Shown: positions 37,901 to 52,900 of the stretch, piece after piece
Layout of the letters: every line of letters begins with the position of its first letter
Numbering within the stretch: position 1 is the first letter of the stretch
Source of the DNA: Eledone cirrhosa
Taxonomy: Eukaryota
DNA length: 64,000 nucleotides
Direction: 5' to 3'
Assembly (NCBI GenBank): GCA_964016885.1
Contig: OZ024742.1
Location: forward strand, 42,470,001-42,534,000
The notes under the pieces: generated by a model
Told to the model about the DNA's origin: nothing
Database searches by the model: none
The model's input: only the letters and a program-made list of their open reading frames with translations
Made by a program: the position numbers and the translations under genes

Positions 37901-40900
37901 GGTAGCTATTAGATAGAAGTACAGTGGGTGGGTAGCTATTAGTTAGATGTACAGTGGGTGGGTAGCTATTAGATAGATGCACATTGGGTGGGTAGCTATT
38001 AGATAGATGTACAGTGGGTGGGTAGCTATTAGATAGATGTACGGTGGGTGGGTAGCTATTAGATAGATGTACAGTGGGTGGGTAGCTATTAGATAGATGT
38101 ACAGTGGGTGGGTAGCTATTAGATAGATGTACAGTCGGTGGGTAGCTATTAGATAGGTGTACAGTGGGTAGCTATTAGATAGATGTATGCAGGGTGGGTA
38201 GCTATTAGATAGATGTACAGTGGGTGGGTAGCTATTAGATACATGTACAGTGGGTGGGTAGCTATTAGATAGATGTACAGTGTGTGGGTAGCTATTAGAT
38301 AGATGTACAGTGTGTGGGTAGCTATTAGATAGATGTACAGTGGGTGGGTAGCTATTAGATAGATGTACAGTGGGTGGATAGCTATTAGATAGATGTACAG
38401 TGGGTAGCTATTAGATAGATGTATGCAGAGTGGGTAGCTATTAGATAGATGTACAGTGGGTGGGTAGCTATTAGATACATGTACAGTGGGTGGGTAGCTA
38501 TTAGATAGATGTACAGTGGGTGGGTAGCTACTAGATAGATGTACAGTGTGTGGGTAGCTATTAGATAGATGTACAGTGGGTGGGTAGCTATTAGATAGAT
38601 GTACAGTGGGTGGATAGCTATTAGATAGATGTACAGTGGGTGGGTAGCTATTAGATAGATGTACAGTGGGTGGATAGCTATTAGATAGATGTACAGTGGG
38701 TGGGTAGCTATTAGATAGATGTACGGTGGGTGGGTAGCTATTAGATAGATGTACGGTGGGTGGGTAGCTATTAGATAGATGTACGGTGGGTGGGTAGCTA
38801 TTAGATGGATGTACGGTGGGTGGGTAGCTATTAGATAGATGTACGGTGGGTGGGTAGCTATCAGATAGATGTACTGTGGGTGAGTAGCTATTAGATAGAT
38901 GTCAGTGGGTGGGTAGCTATTAGATAGATGTACGGTGGGTGGGTAGCTATTAGATAGATGTACGGTGGGTGGGTAGCTATTAGATAGATGTACGGTGGGT
39001 GGGTAGCTATTAGATAGATGTACGGTGGGTGGGTAGCTATTAGATAGATGTACGGTGGGTGGGTAGCTATTAGATAGATGTACGGTGGGTGGGTAGCTAT
39101 CAGATAGATGTACTGTGGGTGAGTAGCTATTAGATAGATGTCAGTGGGTGGGTAGCTATTAGATAGAAGTACGGTGGGTGGGTAGCTATGAGATAGATGT
39201 ACGGTGGGTGGGTAGCTATTAGATAGATGTACGGTGGGTGGGTAGCTATTAGATAGATGTACGGTGGGTGGGTAGCTATTAGATAGATGTACGGTGGGTG
39301 GGTAGCTATTAGATAGATGTACGGTGGGTGAGTAGCTATTAGATAGATGTACGGTGGGTGGGTAGCTATTAGATAGATGTCAGTGGGTGGGTAGCTATTA
39401 GATAGATGTACAGTGGGTGGGTAGCTATGAGATAGATGTACAGTGGGTGGGTAGCTATTAAATAGATGTACGGTGGGTGGGTAGCTATTAGATAGATGTA
39501 CGGTGGGTGGGTAGCTATTAGATAGATGTACGGTGGGTGGGTAGCTATTAGATAAATGTACGGTGGGTGGGTAGCTATTAGATAAATGTACGGTGGGTGG
39601 GTAGCTATTAGATAGATGTACAGTGGGTGGGTAGCTATTAGATAAATGTACGGTGGGTGGGTAGCTATTAGATAGATGTACGGTGGGTGGGTAGCTATTA
39701 GATAGATGTACAGTGGGTGGGTAGCTATTAGATAGATGTACGGTGGGTGGATAGCTATTAGATTGAGGTACTGTGGGTGGGTAGCTATTAGATAGATGTA
39801 CAGTGGGTGGGTAGCTATTAGATAAATGTACAGTGGGTGGGTAGCTATTAGATAAATGTAGTGGGTGGGTAGCTATTAGATAGATGTACAGTGGGTGGGT
39901 AGCTATTAGATAGATGTACGGTGGGTGGGTAGTTATTAGATAGATGTACAGTGGGTGGGTAGCTATTAGATAGATGTACAGTGGGTGGGTAGCTATTAGA
40001 TAAATGTACAGTGGGTGGGTAGCTATTAGATAAATATAGTGGGTGGGTAGCTATTAGATAGATGTACAGTGGGTGGGTAGCTATTAGATAGATGTACGGT
40101 GGGTGGGTAGCTATTAGATAGATGTACAGTGGGTGGGTAGCTATTAGATTGAGGTACTGTGGGTGGGTAGCTATTAGATAGATGTACAGTGGGTGGGTAG
40201 CTATTAGATAGATGTACAGTGGGTGGGTAGCTATTAGATAGATGTACGGTGGGTGGGTAGCTATTAGATAGATGTACGGTGGGTGGGTAGCTATTAGATA
40301 GATGTACAGTGGGTGGGTAGCTATTAGATAGATGTACGGTGGGTGGGTAGCTATTAGATAGATGTACAGTGGGTGGGTAGCTATTAGATAGATGTACGGT
40401 GGGTGGGTAGCTATTAGATAGATGTACGGTGGGTGGGTAGCTATTAGATAGATGTACGGTGGGTGGGTAGCTATTAGATAGATGTACAGTGGGTGGCTAG
40501 CTATTAGATAGATGTAAGGTGGGTGGGTAGCTATTAGATAGATGTACGGTGGGTGGGTAGCTATTAGATAGATGTACGGTGGGTGGGTAGCTATTAGATA
40601 GATGTACTGTGGGTGGGTAGCTATTAGATAGATGTACAATGGGTGGGTAGCTATTAGATAGATGTACAGTGGGTGGGTAGCTATTAGATAGATGTACAGT
40701 GGGTGGGTAGCTATTAGATAGATGTACAGTCGGTGGGTAGCTATTAGATTGAGGTACTGGGGGTGGGTAGCTATTAGATAGATGTACAGTCGGTGGGTAG
40801 CTATTAGATAGATGTACAGTGGGCGGGTAGCTATTAGATAGATGTACAGTGGGTGGGTAGCTATTAGATAGATGTACAGTCGGTGGGTAGCTATTAGATA

Positions 40901-43900
40901 AATGTACAGAGGGTGGGTAGCTATTAGATAGATGTACAGTGGGTGGGTAGCTATTAGATAGATGTACGGTGGGTGGGTAGCTATTAGATAGATGTACAGT
41001 GGGTGGGTAGCTATTAGATAGATGTACAGTGGGTGGGTAGCTATTAGATTGAGGTACAGTGGGTGGGTAGCTATTAGATAGATGTACAGTGGGTGGGTAG
41101 CTATTAGATAGATGTACAGTGGGTGGGTAGCTATTAGATAGATGTACAGTGGGTGGGTAGCTATTAGATTGAGGTACAGTGGGTGGGTAGCTATTAGATT
41201 GAGGTACAGTGGGTGGGTAGCTATTAGATAGATGTACAGTGGGTGGGTAGCTATTAGATAGATGTAGTGGGTGGGTAGCTATTAGATAGATGTACGGTGG
41301 GTGGGTAGCAATTAGATTGAGGTATTGTGGGTGGGTAGCTATTAGATTGAGGTACTGTGGGTGAATAGCTATTAGATAGATGTACAGTGGGTGGGTAGCT
41401 ATTAGATAGATGTACGGTGGGTGGGTAGCTATTAGATAGATGTAAGGTGGGTGGGTAGCTATTAGATAGATGTACGGTGGGTGGATAGCTATTAGATTGA
41501 TGTACAGTGGGTGGGTAGCTATTAGATTGAGGTACAGTTGTTGGGTAGCTATTAGATTGAGGTACAGTGGGTGGGTAGCTATTAGATTGAGGTACAGTGG
41601 GTGGGTAGCTATTAGATAGATGTACAGTGGGTGGGTTGCTATTAGATTGAGGTACAGTGGGTGGGTAGCTATTAGATTTAGGTACAGTGGGTGGGTAGCT
41701 ATTAGATAGATGTACAGTGGGTGGGTAGCTATTAGATAGATGTAAGGTGGGTGGGTAGCTATTAGATAGATGTACGGTGGGTGGATAGCTATTAGATTGA
41801 TGTACAGTGGGTGGGTAGCTATTAGATTGAGGTACAGTTGTTGGGTAGCTATTAGATAGATGTACAGTGGGTGGGTAGCTATTAGAAAGATGTACAGTGG
41901 GTGGGTAGCTATTAGATTGAGGTACAGTGGGTGGGTAGCTATTAGATAGATGTACAGTGGGTGGGTAGCTATTAGATTGAGGTACAGTTGTTGGGTAGCT
42001 ATTAGATAGATGTACAGTGGGTGGGTAGCTATTAGATTGAGGTACAGTGGGTGGGTAGCTATTAGATAGATGTACAGTGGGTGGGTAGCTATTAGATTGA
42101 GGTACAGTTGTTGGGTAGCTATTAGATAGATGTACAGTGGGTGGGTAGCTATTAGATTGAGGTACAGTGGGTGGGTAGCTATTAGATAGATGTACAGTGG
42201 GTGGGTAGCTATTAGATTGAGGTACTGTGGGTGAGTAGCTATTAGATAGATGTACAGTGGGTGGGTAGCTATTAGATAGATGTACAGTGGGTGGGTAGCT
42301 ATTAGATAGATGTACGGTGGGTGGGTAGCTATTAGATAGATGTACGGTGGGTGGGTAGCTATTAGATAAATGTACGGTGGGTGGGTAGCTATTAGAGAAA
42401 TGTACGGTGGGTGGGTAGCTATTAGATAGATGTACAGTGGGTGGGTAGCTATTAGATAGATGTACAGTGGGTGGGTAGCTATTAGATAGATGTACAGTGG
42501 GTGGGTAGCTATGAGATAGATGTACAGTGGGTGGGTAGCTATTAGATAGATGTACGGTGGGTAGCTATTAGATAGATGTACGCATGGTGGGTAGCTATTA
42601 GATAGATGTACGCAGGGTGGGTAGCTATTAGATAAATGTAGTGGGTGGGTAGCTATTAGATAGATGTACAGTGGGTGGGTAGCTATTAGATAGATGTACA
42701 GTGGGTGGGTAACTATTAGATAGATGTACGGTGGGTGGGTAGCTATTAGATAGATGTACTGTGGGTGGGTAGCTATTAGATAGATGTACAGTGGGTGGGT
42801 AGCTATTAGATAGATGTACAGTGGGTGGCTAGCTATTAGATAGATGTACAGTGGGTGGGTAACTATTAGATAGATGTACGGTGGGTGGGTAGCTATTAGA
42901 TAGATGTACAGTGGGTGGGTAGCTATTAGATAGATGTACAGTGGGTGGGTAGCTATTAGATAGATGTACGGTGGGTGGCTAGCTATTAGATAGATGTACT
43001 GTGGGTGGGTAGATATTAGATAGATGTACAGTGGGTGGGTAGCTATTAGATAGATGTACAGTGGGTGGGTAGCTATTAGATAGATGTACAGTGGGTAGGT
43101 AGCTATTAGATAGATGTACAGAGGGTGGGTAGCTATTAGATAGATGTACAGTGGGTGGGTAGCTATTAGATAGATGTACAGTGGGTGGGTAGCTATTAGA
43201 TAGATGTACGGTGGGTGGGTAGCTATTAGATTGAGGTACGGTGGGTGGGTAGCTATTAGATAGATGTACAGTGGGTGGGTAGCTATTAGATAGATGTACG
43301 GTGGGTGGAGAGCTATTAGATAGATGTACAGTGGGTGGGTAGCTATTAGATTGAGGTATAGTGGGTGGGTAGCTATTAGATAGATGTACAGTGGGTGGGT
43401 AGCTATTAGATAGATGTACAGTGGGTGGGTAGCTATTAGATTGAGGTACTGTGGGTGGGTAGCTATTAGATAGATGTACAGTGGGTGGGTAGCTATTGGA
43501 TAGATGTACAGTGGGTGGGTAGCTATTAGATAGGTGTACAGTGGGTAGCTATTAGATAGATGTATGCAGGGTGGGTAGCTATTAGATAGATGTACAGTGG
43601 GTGGGTAACTATTAGATACATGTACAGTGGGTGGGTAGCTATTAGATAGATGTACAGTGGGTGGGTAGCTATTAGATAGATGTACAGTGTGTGGGTAGCT
43701 ATTAGATAGATGTACAGTGGGTGGGTAGCTATTAGATAGATGCACTGTGGGTGGGTAGCTATTAGATAGAAGTACAGTGGGTGGGTAGCTATTAGTTAGA
43801 TGTACAGTGGGTGGGTAGCTATTAGATAGATGCACATTGGGTGGGTAGCTATTAGATAGATGTACAGTGGGTGGGTAGCTATTAGATAGATGTACGGTGG

Positions 43901-46900
43901 GTGGGTAGCTATTAGATAGATGTACAGTGGGTGGGTAGCTATTAGATAGATGTACAGTGGGTGGGTAGCTATTAGATAGATGTACAGTCGGTGGGTAGCT
44001 ATTAGATAGGTGTACAGTGGGTAGCTATTAGATAGATGTATGCAGGGTGGGTAGCTATTAGATAGATGTACAGTGGGTGGGTAGCTATTAGATACATGTA
44101 CAGTGGGTGGGTAGCTATTAGATAGATGTACAGTGGGTGGGTAGCTATTAGATAGATGTACAGTGTGTGGGTAGCTATTAGATAGATGTACAGTGGGTGG
44201 GTAGCTATTAGATAGATGTACAGTGGGTGGATAGCTATTAGATAGATGTACAGTGGGTAGCTATTAGATAGATGTATGCAGGGTGGGTAGCTATTAGATA
44301 GATGTACAGTGGGTGGGTAGCTATTAGATACATGTACAGTGGGTGGGTAGCTATTAGATAGATGTACAGTGGGTGGGTAGCTATTAGATAGATGTACAGT
44401 GTGTGGGTAGCTATTAGATAGATGTACAGTGGGTGGGTAGCTATTAGATAGATGTACAGTGGGTGGATAGCTATTAGATAGATGTACAGTGGGTAGCTAT
44501 TAGATAGATGTATGCAGGGTGGGTAGCTATTAGATAGATGTACAGTGGGTGGGTAGCTATTAGATACATGTACAGTGGGTGGGTAGCTATTAGATAGATG
44601 TACAGTGGGTGGGTAGCTACTAGATAGATGTACAGTGTGTGGGTAGCTATTAGATAGATGTACAGTGGGTGGGTAGCTATTAGATAGATGTACAGTGGGT
44701 GGATAGCTATTAGATAGATGTACAGTGGGTGGGTAGCTATTAGATAGATGTACAGTGGGTGGATAGCTATTAGATAGATGTACAGTGGGTGGGTAGCTAT
44801 TAGATAGATGTACGGTGGGTGGGTAGCTATTAGATAGATGTACGGTGGGTGGGTAGCTATTAGATAGATGTACGGTGGGTGGGTAGCTATTAGATGAATG
44901 TACGGTGGGTGGGTAGCTATTAGATAGATGTACGGTGGGTGGGTAGCTATCAGATAGATGTACTGTGGGTGAGTAGCTATTAGATAGATGTCAGTGGGTG
45001 GGTAGCTATTAGATAGATGTACGGTGGGTGGGTAGCTATTAGATAGATGTACGGTGGGTGGGTAGCTATTAGATAGATGTACGGTGGGTGGGTAGCTATT
45101 AGATAGATGTACGGTGGGTGGGTAGCTATTAGATAGATGTACGGTGGGTGGGTAGCTATTAGATAGATGTACGGTGGGTGGGTAGCTATCAGATAGATGT
45201 ACTGTGGGTGAGTAGCTATTAGATAGATGTCAGTGGGTGGGTAGCTATTAGATAGAAGTACGGTGGGTGGGTAGCTATGAGATAGATGTACGGTGGGTGG
45301 GTAGCTATTAGATAGATGTACGGTGGGTGGGTAGCTATTAGATAGATGTACGGTGGGTGGGTAGCTATTAGATAGATGTACGGTGGGTGGGTAGCTATTA
45401 GATAGATGTACGGTGGGTGAGTAGCTATTAGATAGATGTACGGTGGGTGGGTAGCTATTAGATAGATGTCAGTAGGTGGGTAGCTATTAGATAGATGTAC
45501 AGTGGGTGGGTAGCTATGAGATAGATGTACAGTGGGTGGGTAGCTATTAAATAGATGTACGGTGGGTGGGTAGCTATTAGATAGATGTACGGTGGGTGGG
45601 TAGCTATTAGATAGATGTACGGTGGGTGGGTAGCTATTAGATAAATGTACGGTGGGTGGGTAGCTATTAGATAAATGTACGGTGGGTGGGTAGCTATTAG
45701 ATAGATGTACAGTGGGTGGGTAGCTATTAGATAAATGTACGGTGGGTGGGTAGCTATTAGATAGATGTACGGTGGGTGGGTAGCTATTAGATAGATGTAC
45801 AGTGGGTGGGTAGCTATTAGATTGAGGTACTGTGGGTGGGTAGCTATTAGATAGATGTACAGTGGGTGGGTAGCTATTAGATAAATGTACAGTGGGTGGG
45901 TAGCTATTAGATAAATGTAGTGGGTGGGTAGCTATTAGATAGATGTACAGTGGGTGGGTAGCTATTAGATAGATGTACGGTGGGTGGGTAGTTATTAGAT
46001 AGATGTACAGTGGGTGGGTAGCTATTAGATAGATGTACAGTGGGTGGGTAGCTATTAGATAAATGTACAGTGGGTGGGTAGCTATTAGATAAATATAGTG
46101 GGTGGGTAGCTATTAGATAGATGTACAGTGGGTGGGTAGCTATTAGATAGATGTACGGTGGGTGGGTAGCTATTAGATAGATGTACAGTGGGTGGGTAGC
46201 TATTAGATTGAGGTACTGTGGGTGGGTAGCTATTAGATAGATGTACAGTGGGTGGGTAGCTATTAGATAGATGTACAGTGGGTGGGTAGCTATTAGATAG
46301 ATGTACGGTGGGTGGGTAGCTATTAGATAGATGTACGGTGGGTGGGTAGCTATTAGATAGATGTACAGTGGGTGGGTAGCTATTAGATAGATGTACGGTG
46401 GGTGGGTAGCTATTAGATAGATGTACAGTGGGTGGGTAGCTATTAGATAGATGTACGGTGGGTGGGTAGCTATTAGATAGATGTACGGTGGGTGGGTAGC
46501 TATTAGATAGATGTACGGTGGGTGGGTAGCTATTAGATAGATGTACAGTGGGTGGCTAGCTATTAGATAGATGTAAGGTGGGTGGGTAGCTATTAGATAG
46601 ATGTACGGTGGGTGGGTAGCTATTAGATAGATGTACGGTGGGTGGGTAGCTATTAGATAGATGTACTGTGGGTGGGTAGCTATTAGATAGATGTACAGTG
46701 GGTGGGTAGCTATTAGATAGATGTACAGTGGGTGGGTAGCTATTAGATAGATGTACAGTGGGTGGGTAGCTATTAGATAGATGTACAGTCGGTGGGTAGC
46801 TATTAGATTGAGGTACTGTGGGTGGGTAGCTATTAGATAGATGTACAGTCGGTGGGTAGCTATTAGATAGATGTACAGTGGGCGGGTAGCTATTAGATAG

Positions 46901-49900
46901 ATGTACAGTGGGTGGGTAGCTATTAGATAGATGTACAGTCGGTGGGTAGCTATTAGATAAATGTACAGAGGGTGGGTAGCTATTAGATAGATGTACTGTG
47001 GGTGGGTAGCTATTAGATAGATGTACGGTGGGTGGGTAGCTATTAGATAGATGTACAGTGGGTGGGTAGCTATTAGATAGATGTACAGTGGGTGGGTAGC
47101 TATTAGATTGAGGTACAGTGGGTGGGTAGCTATTAGATAGATGTACAGTGGGTGGGTAGCTATTAGATAGATGTACAGTGGGTGGGTAGCTATTAGATAG
47201 ATGTACAGTGGGTGGGTAGCTATTAGATTGAGGTACAGTGGGTGGGTAGCTATTAGATTGAGGTACAGTGGGTGGGTAGCTATTAGATAGATGTACAGTG
47301 GGTGGGTAGCTATTAGATAGATGTAGTGGGTGGGTAGCTATTAGATAGATGTACGGTGGGTGGGTAGCAATTAGATTGAGGTATTGTGGGTGGGTAACTA
47401 TTAGATTGAGGTACTGTGGGTGAATAGCTATTAGATAGATGTACAGTGGGTGGGTAGCTATTAGATAGATGTACGGTGGGTGGGTAGCTATTAGATAGAT
47501 GTAAGGTGGGTGGGTAGCTATTAGATAGATGTACGGTGGGTGGATAGCTATTAGATTGATGTACAGTGGGTGGGTAGCTATTAGATTGAGGTACAGTTGT
47601 TGGGTAGCTATTAGATTGAGGTACAGTGGGTGGGTAGCTATTAGATTGAGGTACAGTGGGTGGGTAGCTATTAGATAGATGTACAGTGGGTGGGTTGCTA
47701 TTAGATTGAGGTACAGTGGGTGGGTAGCTATTAGATTTAGGTACAGTGGGTGGGTAGCTATTAGATAGATGTACAGTGGGTGGGTAGCTATTAGATAGAT
47801 GTAAGGTGGGTGGGTAGCTATTAGATAGATGTACGGTGGGTGGATAGCTATTAGATTGATGTACAGTGGGTGGGTAGCTATTAGATTGAGGTACAGTTGT
47901 TGGGTAGCTATTAGATAGATGTACAGTGGGTGGGTAGCTATTAGAAAGATGTACAGTGGGTGGGTAGCTATTAGATTGAGGTACAGTGGGTGGGTAGCTA
48001 TTAGATAGATGTACAGTGGGTGGGTAGCTATTAGATTGAGGTACAGTTGTTGGGTAGCTATTAGATAGATGTACAGTGGGTGGGTAGCTATTAGATTGAG
48101 GTACAGTGGGTGGGTAGCTATTAGATAGATGTACAGTGGGTGGGTAGCTATTAGATTGAGGTACAGTTGTTGGGTAGCTATTAGATAGATGTACAGTGGG
48201 TGGGTAGCTATTAGATTGAGGTACAGTGGGTGGGTAGCTATTAGATAGATGTACAGTGGGTGGGTAGCTATTAGATTGAGGTACTGTGGGTGAGTAGCTA
48301 TTAGATAGATGTACAGTGGGTGGGTAGCTATTAGATAGATGTACAGTGGGTGGGTAGCTATTAGATAGATGTACGGTGGGTGGGTAGCTATTAGATAGAT
48401 GTACGGTGGGTGGGTAGCTATTAGATAAATGTACGGTGGGTGGGTAGCTATTAGATAAATGTACGGTGGGTGGGTAGCTATTAGATAGATGTACAGTGGG
48501 TGGGTAGCTATTAGATAGATGTACAGTGGGTGGGTAGCTATTAGATAGATGTACAGTGGGTGGGTAGCTATGAGATAGATGTACAGTGGGTGGGTAGCTA
48601 TTAGATAGATGTACGGTGGGTAGCTATTAGATAGATGTACGCATGGTGGGTAGCTATTAGATAGATGTACGCAGGGTGGGTAGCTATTAGATAAATGTAG
48701 TGGGTGGGTAGCTATTAGATAGATGTACAGTGGGTGGGTAGCTATTAGATAGATGTACAGTGGGTGGGTAACTATTAGATAGATGTACGGTGGGTGGGTA
48801 GCTATTAGATAGATGTACTGTGGGTGGGTAGCTATTAGATAGATGTACAGTGGGTGGGTAGCTATTAGATAGATGTACAGTGGGTGGCTAGCTATTAGAT
48901 AGATGTACAGTGGGTGGGTAACTATTAGATAGATGTACGGTGGGTGGGTAGCTATTAGATAGATGTACAGTGGGTGGGTAGCTATTAGATAGATGTACAG
49001 TGGGTGGGTAGCTATTAGATAGATGTACGGTGGGTGGCTAGCTATTAGATAGATGTACTGTGGGTGGGTAGATATTAGATAGATGTACAGTGGGTGGGTA
49101 GCTATTAGATAGATGTACAGTGGGTGGGTAGCTATTAGATAGATGTACAGTGGGTAGGTAGCTATTAGATAGATGTACAGAGGGTGGGTAGCTATTAGAT
49201 AGATGTACAGTGGGTGGGTAGCTATTAGATAGATGTACAGTGGGTGGGTAGCTATTAGATAGATGTACGGTGGGTGGGTAGCTATTAGATTGAGGTACGG
49301 TGGGTGGGTAGCTATTAGATAGATGTACAGTGGGTGGGTAGCTATTAGATAGATGTACGGTGGGTGGAGAGCTATTAGATAGATGTACAGTGGGTGGGTA
49401 GCTATTAGATTGAGGTATAGTGGGTGGGTAGCTATTAGATAGATGTACAGTGGGTGGGTAGCTATTAGATAGATGTACAGTGGGTGGGTAGCTATTAGAT
49501 TGAGGAACTGTGGGTGGGTAGCTATTAGATAGATGTACAGTGAGTGGGTAGCTATTGGATAGATGTACAGTGGGTGGGTAGCTATTAGATAGGTGTACAG
49601 TGGGTAGCTATTAGATAGATGTATGCAGGGTGGGTAGCTATTAGATAGATGTACAGTGGGTGGGTAACTATTAGATACATGTACAGTGGGTGGGTAGCTA
49701 TTAGATAGATGTACAGTGGGTGGGTAGCTATTAGATAGATGTACAGTGTGTGGGTAGCTATTAGATAGATGTACAGTGGGTGGGTAGCTATTAGATAGAT
49801 GCACTGTGGGTGGGTAGCTATTAGATAGAAGTACAGTGGGTGGGTAGCTATTAGTTAGATGTACAGTGGGTGGGTAGCTATTAGATAGATGCACATTGGG

Positions 49901-52900
49901 TGGGTAGCTATTAGATAGATGTACAGTGGGTGGGTAGCTATTAGATAGATGTACGGTGGGTGGGTAGCTATTAGATAGATGTACAGTGGGTGGGTAGCTA
50001 TTAGATAGATGTACAGTGGGTGGGTAGCTATTAGATAGATGTACAGTCGGTGGGTAGCTATTAGATAGGTGTACAGTGGGTAGCTATTAGATAGATGTAT
50101 GCAGGGTGGGTAGCTATTAGATAGATGTACAGTGGGTGGGTAGCTATTAGATACATGTACAGTGGGTGGGTAGCTATTAGATAGATGTACAGTGGGTGGG
50201 TAGCTATTAGATAGATGTACAGTGTGTGGGTAGCTATTAGATAGATGTACAGTGGGTGGGTAGCTATTAGATAGATGTACAGTGGGTGGATAGCTATTAG
50301 ATAGATGTACAGTGGGTAGCTATTAGATAGATGTATGCAGGGTGGGTAGCTATTAGATAGATGTACAGTGGGTGGGTAGCTATTAGATACATGTACAGTG
50401 GGTGGGTAGCTATTAGATAGATGTACAGTGGGTGGGTAGCTATTAGATAGATGTACAGTGTGTGGGTAGCTATTAGATAGATGTACAGTGGGTGGGTAGC
50501 TATTAGATAGATGTACAGTGGGTGGATAGCTATTAGATAGATGTACAGTGGGTAGCTATTAGATAGATGTATGCAGGGTGGGTAGCTATTAGATAGATGT
50601 ACAGTGGGTGGGTAGCTATTAGATACATGTACAGTGGGTGGGTAGCTATTAGATAGATGTACAGTGGGTGGGTAGCTACTAGATAGATGTACAGTGTGTG
50701 GGTAGCTATTAGATAGATGTACAGTGGGTGGGTAGCTATTAGATAGATGTACAGTGGGTGGGTAGCTATTAGATAGATGTACAGTGGGTGGGTAGCTATT
50801 AGATAGATGTACAGTGGGTGGGTAGCTATTAGATAGATGTACAGTCGGTGGGTAGCTATTAGATAGATGTACAGTGGGTGGGTAGCTATTAGATAGATGT
50901 ACAGTCGGTGGGTAGCTATTAGATAGATGTACAGTGGGTGGGTAGCTATTAGATTGAGGTACTGTGGGTGGGTAGCTATTAGATAGATGTACAGTGGGTG
51001 GGTAGCTATTAGATAAATGTACAGTGGGTGGGTAGCTATTAGATAAATGTAGTGGGTGGGTAGCTATTAGATAGATGTACAGTGGGTGGGTAGCTATTAG
51101 ATAGATGTACGGTGGGTGGGTAGCTATTAGATAGATGTACAGTGGGTGGGTAGCTATTAGATAGATGTACAGTGGGTGGGTAGCTATTAGATAGATATAC
51201 AGTGGGTGGGTAGCTATTAGATAAATGTAGTGGGTGGGTAGCTATTAGATAGATGTACAGTGGGTGGGTAGCTATTAGATAGATGTACGGTGGGTGGGTA
51301 GCTATTAGATAGATGTACGGTGGGTGGGTAGCTATTAGATAGATGTACAGTGGGTGGGTAGCTATTAGATAGATGTACGGTGGGTGGGTAGCTATTAGAT
51401 AGATGTACAGTGGGTGGGTAGCTATTAGATAGATGTACGGTGGGTGGGTAGCTATTAGATAGATGTACGGTGGGTGGGTAGCTATTAGATAGATGTACGG
51501 TGGGTGGGTAGCTATTAGATAGATGTACGGTGGGTGGGTAGCTATTAGATAGATGTACAGTGGGTGGGTAGCTATTAGATAGATGTAAGGTGGGTGGGTA
51601 GCTATTAGATAGATGTACGGTGGGTGGGTAGCTATTAGATAGATGTACGGTGGGTGGGTAGCTATTAGATAGATGTACGGTGGGTGGGTAGCTATTAGAT
51701 TGAGGTACTGTGGGTGGGTAGCTATTAGATAGATGTACAGTGGGTGGGTAGCTATTAGATAGATGTACAGTGGGTGGGTAGCTATTAGATAGATGTACAG
51801 TGGGTGGGTAGCTATTAGATAGATGTACAGTGGGTGGGTAGCTATTAGATTGAGGTACTGTGGGTGGGTAGCTATTAGATAGATGTACAGTCGGTGGGTA
51901 GCTATTAGATAGATGTACAGTGGGCGGGTAGCTATTAGATAGATGTAAAGTGGGTGGGTAGCTATTAGATAGATGTACAGTCGGTGGGTAGCTATTAGAT
52001 AAATGTACAGAGGGTGGGTAGCTATTAGACAGATGTACAGTGGGTGGGTAGCTATTAGATAGATGTACGGTGGGTGGGTAGCTATTAGATAGATGTACAG
52101 TGGGTGGGTAGCTATTAGATAGATGTACAGTGGGTGGGTAGCTATTAGATTGAGGTACAGTGGGTGGGTAGCTATTAGATAGATGTACAGTGGGTGGGTA
52201 GCTATTAGATAGATGTACAGTGGGTGGGTAGCTATTAGATAGATGTACAGTGGGTGGGTAGCTATTAGATTGATGTACAGTGGGTGGGTAGCTATTAGAT
52301 TGAGGTACAGTGGGTGGGTAGCTATTAGATAGATGTACAGTGGGTGGGTAGCTATTAGATAGATGTAGTGGGTGGGTAGCTATTAGATAGATGTACGGTG
52401 GGTGGGTAGCAATTAGATTGAGGTATTGTGGGTGGGTAGCTATTAGATTGAGGTACTGTGGGTGAGTAGCTATTAGATAGATGTACAGTGCGTGGGTAGC
52501 TATTAGATAGATGTACGGTGGGTGGGTAGCTATTAGATAGATGTACAGTGGGTGGGTAGCTATTAGATAGATGTACGGTGGATGGGTAGCTATTAGATTG
52601 AGGTACAGTGGGTGGGTAGCTATTAGATTGAGGTACAGTGGGTGGGTAGCTATTAGATAGATGTACAGTGGGTGGGTTGCTATTAGATTGAGGTACAGTG
52701 GGTGGGTAGCTATTAGATTTAGGTACAGTGGGTGGGTAGCTATTAGATAGATGTACAGTGGGTGGGTAGCTATTAGATAGATGTAAGGTGGGTGGGTAGC
52801 TATTAGATAGATGTACGGTGGGTGGATAGCTATTAGATTGATGTACAGTGGGTGGGTAGCTATTAGATTGAGGTACAGTTGTTGGGTAGCTATTAGATAG